From: Octopus vulgaris
Taxonomy: Eukaryota
Length of the DNA: 64,000 nucleotides
Direction of reading: 5' to 3'
NCBI GenBank assembly: GCA_951406725.2
Contig: OX597823.1
Location: 38,626,001-38,690,000, forward strand
Part shown: in pieces, positions 1 to 13,800 of the stretch
Position numbering within the stretch: position 1 is the first letter of the stretch
Layout of the letters: the number at the start of each line of letters is the position of its first letter
Translations under genes and position numbers: made by a program
Notes under the pieces: model-generated
Databases searched by the model: none
Told to the model about the DNA's origin: nothing
What the model saw: the letters and a program-made list of their open reading frames with translations, nothing else

Positions 1-1681
1 GAAAGCGGACGCTAAATGATGATGATGATGATGTTATGGTACTGTGTGGTTGTTTTATATTAGTGATTAAATCTAACAGTGTACAAGATATTTTTTTTCT
101 ACATTGCAGTAAGCTGTCATTGGCAATGATAAATAATACACTAGAGATGTCTGTCAGTCACTACTGACCAAATTCTCTGCATCTGTATGTACATGCTTGG
201 GTAAGGTGTTTTTGTGGAGGACTGACAATGGCTCAGGAATGCATTTTGGTACCTGTTTCACTGCAGGCATTGTTATCAGAAAGTAAAGGGTTAAAGCAGA
301 CATAACAGTGTACCATATTCAACAGTCTATCAATTACACCCCTTGGATTGGTTGCCTTATATTTTGTTGTTTGACCTCAAGTACAGAGTCAGAACATCAT
401 GAAGCATTCTATCCAACATTTTAACAGCTTCTATTTGATGCTTTGTAATGCTGTAACCTTTGTAACACACCTAAACAATAAGTAAAGTTAAGAGTTTGAG
501 ACACACTATTAAAAATAAATCTAATTTATATTGCCATGATGCTTTAAATAGTTGACATCATTAATAACAACTCAAGAGCTAAAGCCTTTAAACTCTGTCA
601 AATATAGCACTGTGTGGTTGTTTTTATTTTCTAAGTCATCAGTCATTCAAATATCCTTACATAGGTTCATTAATTTTAATTATCAATTAGTTTTGTCATC
701 TTTTGCATAGGAAATCTGAAAAAATATCTTTTCTTTTATTCTGACAGCATTTTCAGACATTGGCCCAGGAATACAAAATGAAGAAAGAAGCCAATCCCAA
801 TGAACAGTTAGTCTTGGATGGAGATAATGAAGCTCCAAATGGCAATTAATCACCAAAGAAAGACATGTAATAGATTTATTATTTTGCAATATTCAAGGAT
901 GTTAAATAGTAAACCAGATTTTTATCAACATTACAGGGGCCCTACTACTAAAGATAAGAAACCGGAGGAGAGTTTGATAAAGTTTAATGATGACTGGCTA
1001 CTGAAGTTGACCACAAACTGCTACAAATTTATTGATGTAGATTATCACTAGTTTCTTTACATGGTATCCTTATAAGCAACAGTTTACTCTCATCAACAAC
1101 AATTTCACTTAATCACCTTAAGTTTTCTCACAAGTTAAGAAGCCCCCAACTACCTTCCTGCCATTTACATAAAACTGTTTTGTTTTTACTTCCTTCCATT
1201 TCTCTCTCAATAATTTAGATCAGTTCTGCAAGCAAGAATGAAACACTTTGCTTTCCTCTCAACTTATTTTCTAATTAGAAGCCTTTCTAAGCCACACTTT
1301 CATCTCAACCCTACATAAGTTCTCATTTCACTACATTTATAGAAATGAATCCATCCATTTGTATTTTTTTAACATTATTATTTCAGTTGACTTTCCATCT
1401 GATCCAACCTCACTGATATTTATGAAATAAATTATTCTAGAACTTCCTGGAACCCAAGTATATTTCTTTTTCTCTGTCAGATAATAATTTTAAACAATGG
1501 GTTAACAACTATAGTAAAACAGATAAATACTAATTCAGTTACAACTGATGAGTTCTTATTTTAATAACATTTCTTAAGATTTGTCATTTGTTTAAGTGAA
1601 ACATCACTTTTATTGGGGTTTCTTTGTTGATGGAAAATAACTCACAAAAGATTCACATAACACACCAGCTTTGATTCAGTA

Positions 1682-1687
1682 TTTATT
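1682..1687 (-). promoter_or_regulatory. Candidate polyadenylation signal AATAAA in the UBA6 3' UTR
   Basis: First AATAAA about 60 nt after the stop; others exist further on (e.g. ~1610), so the used site is unknown. Confidence 0.3.
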
Positions 1688-1748
1688 CGACGTCTACAGA
1701 ATTTGCCAACAATTATAACTTTGAAATCTTTAAAATTTAGATTAATTA

Positions 1749-1869
1749 TCATAATCCAAAGTAGTAGCGTAGAGGTGGTCCAGGAATGTCTTCATCTTCC
1801 TCTGATTCCAGAGACACAATTAGGTCGACATACGTTTGCTGTGCTAATGGTTTGATTAGTTTTATCATG
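1749..1869 (-). CDS. UBA6: UBA6 terminal coding exon
   Basis: tttcag acceptor; [39 protein letters not shown] then TGA. Confidence 0.92.
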
Positions 1870-4800
1870 CTGAAATTAAAGAGATGAGAAAACCTTTAGT
1901 TAAACTTGGTATTAAAAATAGTTTTGATAAAAGTACAGCTCTCCCTTTTCAAGTACAAGTTAAAATAATCTGAAAGCAAATTAAAATAGAAGTAAATTAA
2001 GTAATGTTGACCAAAGTATTTCTGATGTCTTTATCTAATGAGTAATAAATTTGTTTCATTTTGACTAACAAACATTTGTTGAAAAAGGATCAAAACATCT
2101 TTGAGTTAATGGGAATCATTTGAAGTCAGGACTGTGACAATCAGCTGGATCCCATCTTTAGAAAAAAAATCCCAACCCACTTTAATTTTGAAAGAACCAC
2201 TTCTTACTGGGTCCATAAATAGTCTATTCCAGCCATCCAAATTTGCCTTGTAGTTTTTGGTACAGAAGCCTCACTTAATTCCTTGGTTAAAACTTCATGA
2301 TTGTGACCTGGTATCACTACTCCAAGAATGACTAAATAAACACAATGATGAAGTAAATTCACATTTAACACCAATCAATGTAAGTTCAGACAATTCAAAA
2401 CAAAGAGTCTACTATAGTGTTATCAAAATATATTTAATTTAATTTGATCTGAGATTATTTTAATTTGCTTTCATTTCACTTATACTTGAAAAAATGTTTA
2501 ACACAAAACCATTGGAAATAGGGGACACACAGAGACACATATGAATAAGAGAGTGAATGATGGAAAGTGTATGGAAGAAAAGGGGAGAGTGACTGAGAGA
2601 GATAAAGAATGTGTGTGTGTGCATAAAAGTTGATGGAAACAGTTTGACATTACCTTTGGTTTAATCTTTTCTTATGGCCAGGCAGGATAGGAACATAAAT
2701 CATTTTAGCCCCATGTACAACCATGGAGGCATTGTAGCCTGTCTTTTCCTGGAAAAAGAGGTAAAGTCATGATTCCAAACAAAGATCATGGTTTCAAACA
2801 AAGAATCATGGGTTTCAATTCCCAGACCAGATGGTGCATTGTGTTTTTGAGGAAAACACTTAATTTCACATTGCCCCAGTCCACTCAGCTGTAAATGGGT
2901 TACTCTGCACAGACTGGTATTCCATTTAGAGGGAATGTGACCTGCTCACCAAGCTAGTTGGTGATATCATTAAAATGCTACAACATGAGGAAGTGCATTG
3001 TGACCGGTGGTATATAACATCTGATAGTCTGGTTGATATGGATAGTTATACATCATTTATGTTTAACCCTTTAGTGTTCGCATTATTCTACCAAAATTAA
3101 TCCTTTTTTATCCACATTGTCTTGAACTAATCATGCATTATCTTGTAGCTATGAGATTCTAATGAGGTAGCTGTTAATTTTTAAAATGATATTGTAGGGT
3201 TGGTGTGAGAGACCAGATCTGGCCAGTTAGAACATAAAACAGGCAGAATACTTTTGGCCGGATATGGCCAGTTTAAATGCTAAAGGGTTAAAATTGATTA
3301 AGTAAAGATAGATCAATATTGATCATAATAAGGTTTCATTGATACTGCCTTTACAAAGATAGACTGTCACAATAAAGCTGCAACTTAAATGAATCAGTTT
3401 CCTCTGGATTGGCTACTAGTCTATCAACAATTTATTACCCATGATGACTTTCAGCCATGAGCTGAGTAACCCTTCTCATTTTTCAAATAACCTCTCACTT
3501 TTATATTGCTTGCCTTATATTTACTCAGCCTTGTAGTGTTTATCAGTTCTAAAAGAACAGAGGACCAAGGTGTATTAGATTTGAACCACAGAACTTTGAA
3601 ATTTGTTAACTGCCCTTGCTAAATGTTGATAGAATATCATAACCGCTGCTATCATGGAATAACTCATTCAGATGTTTCTGATTTTGGATCAACAAAGCTG
3701 GTTTTATTATTTCATCTACTTCTGGAAGAATGAAAGGCAGCATTAACTTTGACAAGGATTTCAACCTTTAAAATAAAAAACTGGAACCAATACTGTTGTG
3801 GATTTTGTGCAACACTACCAATTCTGCCAACCCAACATCCTGCTGACAATCAAATAATATTTCGATAATGGTATAAAATCTTACTTTAAAATGATTTAGA
3901 AACATTTCCAAGGTGAAATCTTTGGTGCCTTCAATTTCCCATCGATCCCAAACAGTCAGTGATAATTCATCGCTGAAAAAGATTTTAACAACTTTAAAAG
4001 GTGCTTAATTACATTTTTAATTAATAAATTTGTCATATCTAATTTTGAAACTGAGAAGACTTATCAGCCAAAAAGGAACTTCAAGTTCCTTTGAACACAG
4101 AATTTGGTGTCTGAGATATTAGATCTGTCTTTTCTCCAACAGATCTGCTTATCAAGATATGTTATACTCCTAATTGTTATGCATACAAGCAATTGTGTAC
4201 AAGGACTGATGGCCACAAACCATCATTGTTACCTCTTAGATTAAAAAAAATAGTTTCATATAAGAAGAATAAGCTTCTTAAGATTAAATTACATCTGTAG
4301 AATCAGATAATAGTGAAATAAGTGTAAAAAGCTATCAGTGATACAATGCTTATTTACTTGGATATCTCACAAAAGTGGCATTTCAGAGACCTCCTGTGTG
4401 AGCTACTCTAAGATAATCACATTGAATGGTCCAGCATTAATCCACTGTCATATGGGTATCCCAATGTTCTTGGTATTTTTCTTTCATATTTCTTCAATTT
4501 GGATGAAATTGTTCACCCTGTTCATCATTATGGCACCAAAGTTGTCTGGGAAATGATTCAAGTGGCTGTGAAGGTAATGCACTTTGATGCTCACATTATA
4601 GACAAGTTGACAGAAAGAAGAGAGCATCTTCTCCATTAGTTCAGAGTAGTTATCTGCTTTATGGCTCTCGTGGAAATTTTTTACATTAAGAGTAAATGAA
4701 GACCGTGCATCTGCCTAAGAATTGTTAACCGAATTTTGGATATGTGGGGCTTTCAGGAGTTCCTTGGTTTGTGCCTTTGCTTGGTTATCTTTTTTATCTT

Positions 4801-7800
4801 TGACTTGTTTTAGCTATTTGACTGCAACCTATTTGTCCAACTCCTGTATGTGTGTATGCATGTACATGTGTATAGATATGTCTCTCTCTCTCTATATATA
4901 TATATACCTGTGTATATATGTGTGACTATATCAGTATGTGACACAACGGTAGGTGTTCTTGTATTCAATAGAAATTTATGGCATTTTGACCCAAAACTGA
5001 TCAACATAACATTTAATTTTTTTTATCTTGATCTATTTAATTTTCCTTTCCCCATTTTTTATATAAACATACATGTATATGTATGTGTATATATGAGTAT
5101 ATGTGCATGGATATATGTGTATGTATATGTGTGTATGTATGTTCACAGTTCAACAGCCTTATCTATACAGTGGATAACAAACTCTAAAATATCAGTTTGA
5201 AAACTGCTTTGTAAACACTTAATAAATTAATAAATATCTTATTATTAAAGTGTTTTATTTCAGCCTTCTTTGGCCTTGTTAATGATATCTACTTGCAGCT
5301 GCATGATAAGATGAAACTTTTTACATCCAATATATAGAAAACAGTGAATAATACATGCTCTGATATTGCAAGTAGCTGTAAGGTTGGACAAAAAACCCAG
5401 CATATGCAGTTGAAGCATCATTATATTAAAATAGCCATTTATGTGTCATACTTAACATATATACACTGTTGACAGGAAAGATACTGTAGCTTCATCTGAG
5501 ATGAAATCATCTTATAGATGTGCTGTGTTAAAGACAATATATATCAGAGGAAGACGAAAATCATCCCAACAACAGCAAATGAGAATGGTAGATGCATTTC
5601 AGCCTTCTTGTGCCTTGTCAATGTCATGTACTCACAGCCACATGCTGCTCTAATTGTATACACCAAATTTTTATTCAGTCAGGAAGCTATTTGCAACATC
5701 ATTATTTCTTATCTATTCTAGGTGACAAATTTTGTCTTGACATGTGGCTGTGTAAACACATCACTGACAAAATCCATAATGGCTGAAACGCATTTGGCAT
5801 TCTCACAAACTACTGCTGCTGGGATGATTTTTGTATCTATTCCATATATATTATTCTTTTACACAGCATATCTAGAAGAGATTTTATCACAGACAAAAAC
5901 TGCATCTTGTCAATTGTGTATGTACATTAAATATACTTAGATGGTTAATTTAATGCTGCTTTCATAGCAATGACTGAGTTTGTGTGTATCTTTGTCATCC
6001 TTGTCTTGAAATCACATGATGGTTGTAAACAAGAAGCACCGTCATACAAATGATGTCAACCTGTTTGGTCATGGAGAAATATTACTTTGCTTGGAAACAA
6101 GTGAGGATTGGAAACAGAAAGAGCATCCTACCATAGAAAATTTGCCTCAATGCATTCTGTTTGACCTATGCAAGCATGGAAACATGGTTGCTAAAATGAT
6201 GATGTATGTTTGTGAGTGAAGGAAATGAATGTTTGTAAAGTTTTGGCAAATTACTGTTTGTGAAAAAATTTTTCATATCTAAAAATATTTAAGTAGTTTT
6301 ATATTTAACTAAACTTATTTAATAATGGAAGGAACTTTTAATAGTAAATATATTTTCTAGATAGGATGTGTAGAAGTCTGTGTGAAAGAATGATGTATGT
6401 AAATGATTTGAGTTCAATTCTCCAACAAACGGTATTACATCTTTGACTGGCAACTACTCACTTGATCTTCAGAGTTTCTGCTGCTCCTGGTTCTGACAAA
6501 AGCATCATTGGAAGAGCAAGGTTGAGGAAACAGTTGCGATATTTCTCCAGAGGATGCTTATTAATTACTTTAAGAAGTTCCACTGCTGCCTGGAATAAGA
6601 CAGAAGTACCATTGCAAGACGTTAAAATTGGTCTGTTATGTTACAGCTGAGGAGACAATTAATAAATGTGTGTGTAAGAATTCTTCAATGGAAGACTTCA
6701 CAAAAAATTGTTGAAGTGAAATGTAATGGGGGTTAGAAATATCTTAAAATTTAAAATCGCAAAAAATTTACAAATCTGAGTTGATTTTAGATGAGAGTGA
6801 GAAGAAACTGTATGTGTGAGAGAGAAAGAGAGGGGGGGGGTGAAATGTCTGAAAATAAATTGAAAAATATAAATTCTCTGAAGTTAATGAATTCCAGTTG
6901 AGATGAGAATATGGTTAAAGGTCTCAAAGAGTTTGAAATATGGGTTTTGATTCACTATTGTACCATTATATTTCATTTTCTCTTTCCAAGACCATGTATC
7001 TGTATAAAATTCCACAGGATGAAAGGAGATGGTACAAGGAAAGGTTCTTGGCAAACACAATCAACAAACATGATTTTTGTTTCTAGTTAGAACCATTTCT
7101 TTTAAGACTTTTCCCATGCCACACAAAGAACACATAAACAGGAACTTGTAATATGTGTGTGTTTACATACATGCATGCATGCATGCATACATACATACTT
7201 ACTGAAGAAATTTAAATTTGTTAGGGAATGGTGAAGAAAATTTAAGAAACAAGAGGAATGGGAATTCAATTTTTTTTTCTTTTCTTTTCCCCAAAATGAA
7301 AGTTATTCTTGTTAGTTAGTTAGGAAGGAAGTCACTATAAAGAAATACATAAATATATCTTTGACTAAACATTAGACCTGTTTTATATGAGGGAAGCCAT
7401 TATAAAGTGTAGGTATTATTTGTGTGTATGTGTATTGGATAGCAAAAAAGACAGAGTTGATCATAAGTTTTAAAATGAGATTCCAACAGAAATATAGAAG
7501 TACTATATGGCAGTAGCTAGCTTAACAGTCCACTGTCTCTAATTTCCTTGTCCTATAAAATAATGATATATTTGAAGCTCCCAGAAACTGTTGCCTCTAC
7601 ATCACTAAGGCTGAATATAGTACTGATCTTGGAACTATCCAAGCAGGGAGCACTGTTAGAACTCTCTGTTCCCTGAGACAACCACAGCAAGGAAGCAAAT
7701 AAGAGTAAGAGGAGGAAATATGCTGAACTGATGGAGTTATACCAAAGCAAAGGGTAGCTAACAAGTTGTGATATATTCAAGGTGGGATGTAGACGGCTTA

Positions 7801-10800
7801 CAGGTCAGGTCCTCTGGACATGTTACAATGTGCTTGGCATCACAGAGTCCAGTAGGTAGAAGGCCATCAGGTTGACTGTAGAGGCAGGAAAGATTGCCTC
7901 AAAATGGCTGTGGATCAGAGGTGCAAACCCTTGAAGGGGTGGTGCTAACTGGGTTTGATCAACCCCAACTGGGTTGTTTGGGTGAGGGTATCTGATGTTG
8001 AAAGACCCAAAATCATGAATGACCCCCCCCTTCCCCAGAAAACATCACTGGCAATGTGTCCAAGTACATCACAGGATGATGTATGGAAAAAAGAAAGTGA
8101 AGAGATAATTCATTATTAGGTAAATGATTGAAATGAAAGAAATTAGTGATTTAATTGATTTCAAGAAAGTTTGTGTACAGACCAGTCCTGATACAGTTGC
8201 TGTAGTTGTAGCAATGGCAGGAACTATACGACCTGCGATACGTTTCACCTTCAAACGGTCAGCATTCTCTATGTTGTACATGGTTGCTCGTAGATTCTGA
8301 AACAGAGAAGATCATAAAATGAAGTTCAAACCACAGTGGAAGATTGAAAGAAATATAGTGTTAACAATGAAAATTATTAAGTAAAGCAGTAGAAGGAGAC
8401 GATATTGATGATGTGTTGGAAAATACCAACAGAAATAATTCAACTAGTAGAATATATTTTACGTTGTGAAGAAATACAGAAGTCAAACATTTCAGGAAGA
8501 ATCTTTTTATTAGAGACATGGACCTGTTTTAATGTTTTGCCTTTCCACTCTTACACATAACAGACGATTAGCACATTCAAATGGTCAACAAACGTCACTC
8601 TAAACCAGAGGTAGGGAAGCCCCCACCTGTGGGTGCAATTGCACCTGTGGGCTTGTATATTTGTATGTACAAAATATAGTAACTTTTTCAGTTATAAAAT
8701 TTATGCAATATTCATATGCCTATTTGCAACATAGGCTGCCTTTCCACTACAACTTAAAATGGTTAGACTTGAACAGAAAATCATCCAGTAATTGCCATTT
8801 GTATGGAAATTTTGTTTTCACTACAAAACACATATTGCTAGGTCTGTACCATCCCTTTAAGACCCAGCTGAAAAATAAAGAATACCTCATAAGTAATATA
8901 AACATCCTAAATTCAGTAGTTGCATTAACGAAAATGTTACATGTTAAATTAATGTGTTAAACATTATCTTTATTAATGTATATCGAATTATACATATATA
9001 TATACAAGATTTACACAGAGTTAGAACTTGTGAACCACCTGTGAACCTTTTCAATTGGAAATTTTTGGAGCTGTTAGAATGATGGAAAGAATGTCTTGCA
9101 GTATTTGGTCCAACTCTCTTTGCTCTGAGTTCAAATTCTGCCATGATCAACATCACCTTTTATCCTTTCAGGGTTGATAGAGATGTACTGACCCACCAAA
9201 CTAACAACTGCAATGACATCAATTCCAAGTTGTATTGACTGAATTTGGCAGCCTTTTCCATGGACAAACGGTGTCATGGACAAACGGTGTCATGGACAGG
9301 AAAGACTTCCATGCAATGACAACATCTGTCAAATGTAATATTTATTCACATTGCTTGGAATTAATCCTGTATTATCTCATAGCTTTGAGGTTTCAATGAT
9401 ATGATTGTATATTTTTAGAATGACATTGTAGGGTAGGAGTAAGAGGCCAGCCAGATCTAGCCAGTTTGAACAAAAAACAGGTAGAATATTTGAGCTAGAT
9501 ACGGCCAGCTTCAATACTAAACGATTAAAGGGAACAGGATGGTAAATGTGTGTACTTTGGTTGTTATCGTTAATGAGTCACTTGGTTCCATAGAGGCTCC
9601 TTTGTTGAACTTATTGCTTGTATTTATTCTATTGATCCCAGAAGGATGAAATGTAAAACTGACCAGCTAGAATTTGAACTTCACCTGTCAAGTACCAACA
9701 TTAACTACTCCAGCGGCTTTAATGTTCCACTCTCTCTATTATTTCATCAGTTTCTAGGAAGAGGAAATGATAAAAAACTATTGCTTTGGATGGAGTGAAG
9801 GTCAGTTTGTCTGTAAATGATAATAATGACAGTATCCATCTCCTCCTGTGTTATCCCTGGAAAGAGATTAGTCCAGTAACACAAGGTAACAAAACAGGAA
9901 GAGAAGCCTCAAAAATGTGTTGATCTTCCAGTATTAAGACACACACTCCAACCTCTGTGGTATCTCTTCAGTTTGACTCTACTACTATTACTACTACTGT
10001 GACTTTTGTCATATCCAGTGAGGCCCACCCCTATACTCTTGTTCTTCCACATCCCATCACACATATTATAGCCACCAATCTCATTTTTTTTCCTCTCCAG
10101 AATATCAATATTCCAAAATTATTTCCCATAGTTTTTTTTTTTTTTTCCCTGCAGTTCTCAATTTTTAGCTGTGCAAGAATAACATAAACCATGTCAATTT
10201 CACTCATTCAGGACTCTGTGAGAACCATGGCTACATAACTCTGTCTTTTAACCAAGGCATTAAAAACACATAACTATTTACAGATTGGCAGAGAAAGCCA
10301 TCAAGTACAATTTTGAGAGAGAAATTATCAACTGATTGTTTTCTCAGAAAACATCAACCAACTTTAATTGTTGGAATTAAATAATGTGTTGATATCAATA
10401 ACATAAGTATTGTGTGGGATACAGGCTGGTATAAAGTATATCACATTGTCAAGTGAACCCTTTTGGACAGTAACATAACTTGATATACTCACTGCAGCTG
10501 TGGTGATGAAATCAATGTGGCTGTTGGTATCATTATCTTTTTCAAACTCTATCACAGTTAAAGTTTTGTTGGCTGCAAACATAAGACAAAGTTAAAATAT
10601 GAGGGAGAAAGAGAGAGAGAGAGATTTGGTTATTGGGTTAGTGTGATTCCTTTCAATATCACTCGTGGGACAGTACTTATCTCCCTGTAATACATTAACA
10701 TCATCGAACAAATTTTACACACACACACACAAGAGCAGTGAAATAAAGAACCTAACAAGTAAGATTTGGTAATAGGAAGTGCTACCATCTTAAGAAAATC

Positions 10801-13800
10801 TTGTCCAAACAACCCATGCCAGCATAGAAAAACTAGAAGTAATTCAAAATATGTTTTATATAATTTACAAATATAATTATAGTTAATTTGCATTCATATA
10901 TAAGGTTCAGGGTTAGCTGTGTGCTTCCCATCCACATGGTTTCAGGTTCAGTCCCATTGCACATCATAGACAAATGTCTTGTAGTAAAGACTCTGGCTGA
11001 TCAATGCCTAAAAACATAGATTTGGTAGATATCCATCATGTGTGTGTGTGTATGTGTCTTTACACCTGTGCTCTTTAAAATCCAATTGCTATGAGTAGTG
11101 TAGTTGCCACTTGTGTCAACAAACCATCTACTTGCTTTGCAACTTTTGAATATATGAAATAAAAGATCCATTACTCAAAAGACATGTAATAGTTAGCAAC
11201 AAAATAAATATCCAGATATAAAACAATGCTAACCCATGCTAGCACAGAAAAATGGATGTAAAAGGAACAAGCATACAATATTAATAAAATATTAAAGCTG
11301 ATCTCAGGAAGCTGAGCCTTAAGAAGGAGATGACAAAGGACCAAGATGATTGGTGATTTGCTGTGCCTGAGAAGACCCATCCATCACAGCAGAAATGATA
11401 TCTTAAAACCAAGTTGGGTATGCTTGTACATGTGGAGCCTGGTCCCTCCTCTCCATGTCTGCTTTGTCAAGCATTTAATCTAAAATATACTCTCCTTCAT
11501 TTCCTACAATGCTCTTACATCTATCTGGTAGACTTGCAAGGCCCCCTCTTCCAAAATTCACTTGTCCATGATGAAAAATACTCCTCCAGTACTGTTCTGA
11601 CCTCGTATACAAAATTCATATTTTCTCTGTCAAATGATTTTGAAGACTGTGGAATAAATGATAAACAGATGGGGCAATGTCCGACGAATATGGTGGGTGG
11701 GGCATCATTTCCCATTCAAACTGCTGCAGCTTTTGGAATGTCATCCTTGTTATATGTGGCTGGGCATTATCCTGATGGAAGAACACCTTTGTCTTGAAAC
11801 CAAAGCAGATCATTTTTCTTGTAGTGCTGACTTAAGCCACTCAAGCTGCTTGCAGTAGATCTCCTTTGTTATTGTTTGGTTTGGGTTTAAAAGTTCAAAG
11901 TGGTCTAAACCTTTCATATCTCACCAAACAGATAACAACCCCTTACATGGGTGAAGACCTTCTTTAGCCTGGGGTGCTGGTGTTTCTCCTTTCCCTACCC
12001 ACATTCTTCGGTGCTTGACAGTTTTACAGAGAACCCATTTCTCATCACCAGTCACTATTCAGTCCAAAAAAGGGTTCATTTGTGAGACGTGATAGCAAAG
12101 AAAAGCACACATTCACTCTCTGCATGCAATTAGACTCAGAAAGTTTGTGAGAAACACGTTGACCCAATTTGGTGACTGTTTTGATGGCATGCAGGTGTCA
12201 CTGAATGGTTGAATGACAAAATCCAAGCTTCTCTGCTAGTTCCTCAACAGTTACGATGGGATTTGGAGGCCATCCTCATCGAGTTCTACAGATCTTCCAG
12301 GACGAGGTTCATCTTCTAGGCTGTAGTTTCCAGCTTGGAATTTCAGGAACCATTCTTGACAGTGGCTTATGCATATTGTCCGATCCCCGTATACTGCACT
12401 AATATTCCTCCCACTTTCTGTTGCATAGTTGCTTTTATTGAACTCATAAAGCAAAATATGCCGAATATGCTTCTTTGTCACTTCCATTATAGCTTTGAAA
12501 AAATAACTATTAAAATCGAACTGCACTTTTCAATCAAACAAGGTAAAATTACTACCTGCTTTTATAGCAAGTTGATGCAGGTAGTTTACCCCATTCCCCT
12601 CCGACTTTTAGTTCATGCAATTGTAAAAAACCACATTATTTATGGGATGACCCAATATTTATTTCCAGTTCTTTAAACTATTCCAATGATTGGAACATCA
12701 CTATGAAGACAATTCTTTGTCCTTGTAATGTTAACATTTGACCCAATGGAACACAATCTTTGAGGTTGACTGAAGTGTTGGGAACTGCTTTGGTACCATT
12801 TCAGCATTCTGTTAAGGCATGTAGCTAAATGGTTTGGGTGTCTGGCTCATAACCTTACAATTGTGAATTCGAAAACTGGCAGTGTGTTGTGTTCTAGAGC
12901 AAGTAACTTTATTTCTTCAGCTGGCAAAAATGAGTTGTACCATCAATTCAAAGGGCCAACCTTGTCACCTCCTATGTCACACTGAATTTCCTTGAGAACT
13001 ATGTTAAGGGTACGCATATCTGTGGAGTGTTCAGCCACTTTCGTGTTAGTACCAGTCAAAAAAATTTCCCCGCTCTATTGTAATGTTGAAGGGACAACAC
13101 CGAAAACCCAGTTTTTAAGGAAGAAATACAATGCAAGAAATTCCATATGAGATGAAAATTTGAACTCAGCATTGTAAGCTATGAATTATAATCTCACTCA
13201 CCAATACACACTAAAAAACCTTTTTTAGTTACAAATGGAGGTTTTACTTGATATTTTTAGGGTCATTTACTCAGTTTTACTCACAGGTTATTTGAGTCAT
13301 GTACTCAGTTGCTAAATGTTGTTCATCAGTAGTGTGCAGCTCATTGGCATCCACTTTCTTTACTGCTTCATCAGTTTCAATTTGCTTTGAAAGGAAGAAA
13401 TAATTAGTAATTAATTACTGTAGAGAGACGAGAAGGAGAGAACATGAGAGAGAAAAAAGTGAGACTGAAGAGGGAAAGGAAAATGAGAGAGAAACAGTAA
13501 TAAGGAGGAAGGAAGGTGGAAATATATTAAATAAATAAAGAAATAATATTTTTAAAAAAATAAGTTTGATGTTATTGTCTGGTCAGTCACTTGGTAAGTG
13601 ATTTATGAATAAACATGACTGAAACTACAACAGTGTAACTAATGTAGGAAATTATGATAAAGAAAATTTACCATCCTTGGTGGGTGTGTAGTGCTCACTG
13701 AGCATACCCAGATATATGACACTGAAACTTGAATGCAAATGTTTTAGTCAGAGATGAAACAAAGCTGATGTAGGTATACAAGAAATGTAGAGTTTGTGAT

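Noticed and set aside
8607-8855. Possible hAT MITE starting CAGAGGTAGGGAA
   Set aside because: The right terminus and target duplication are not clear enough.
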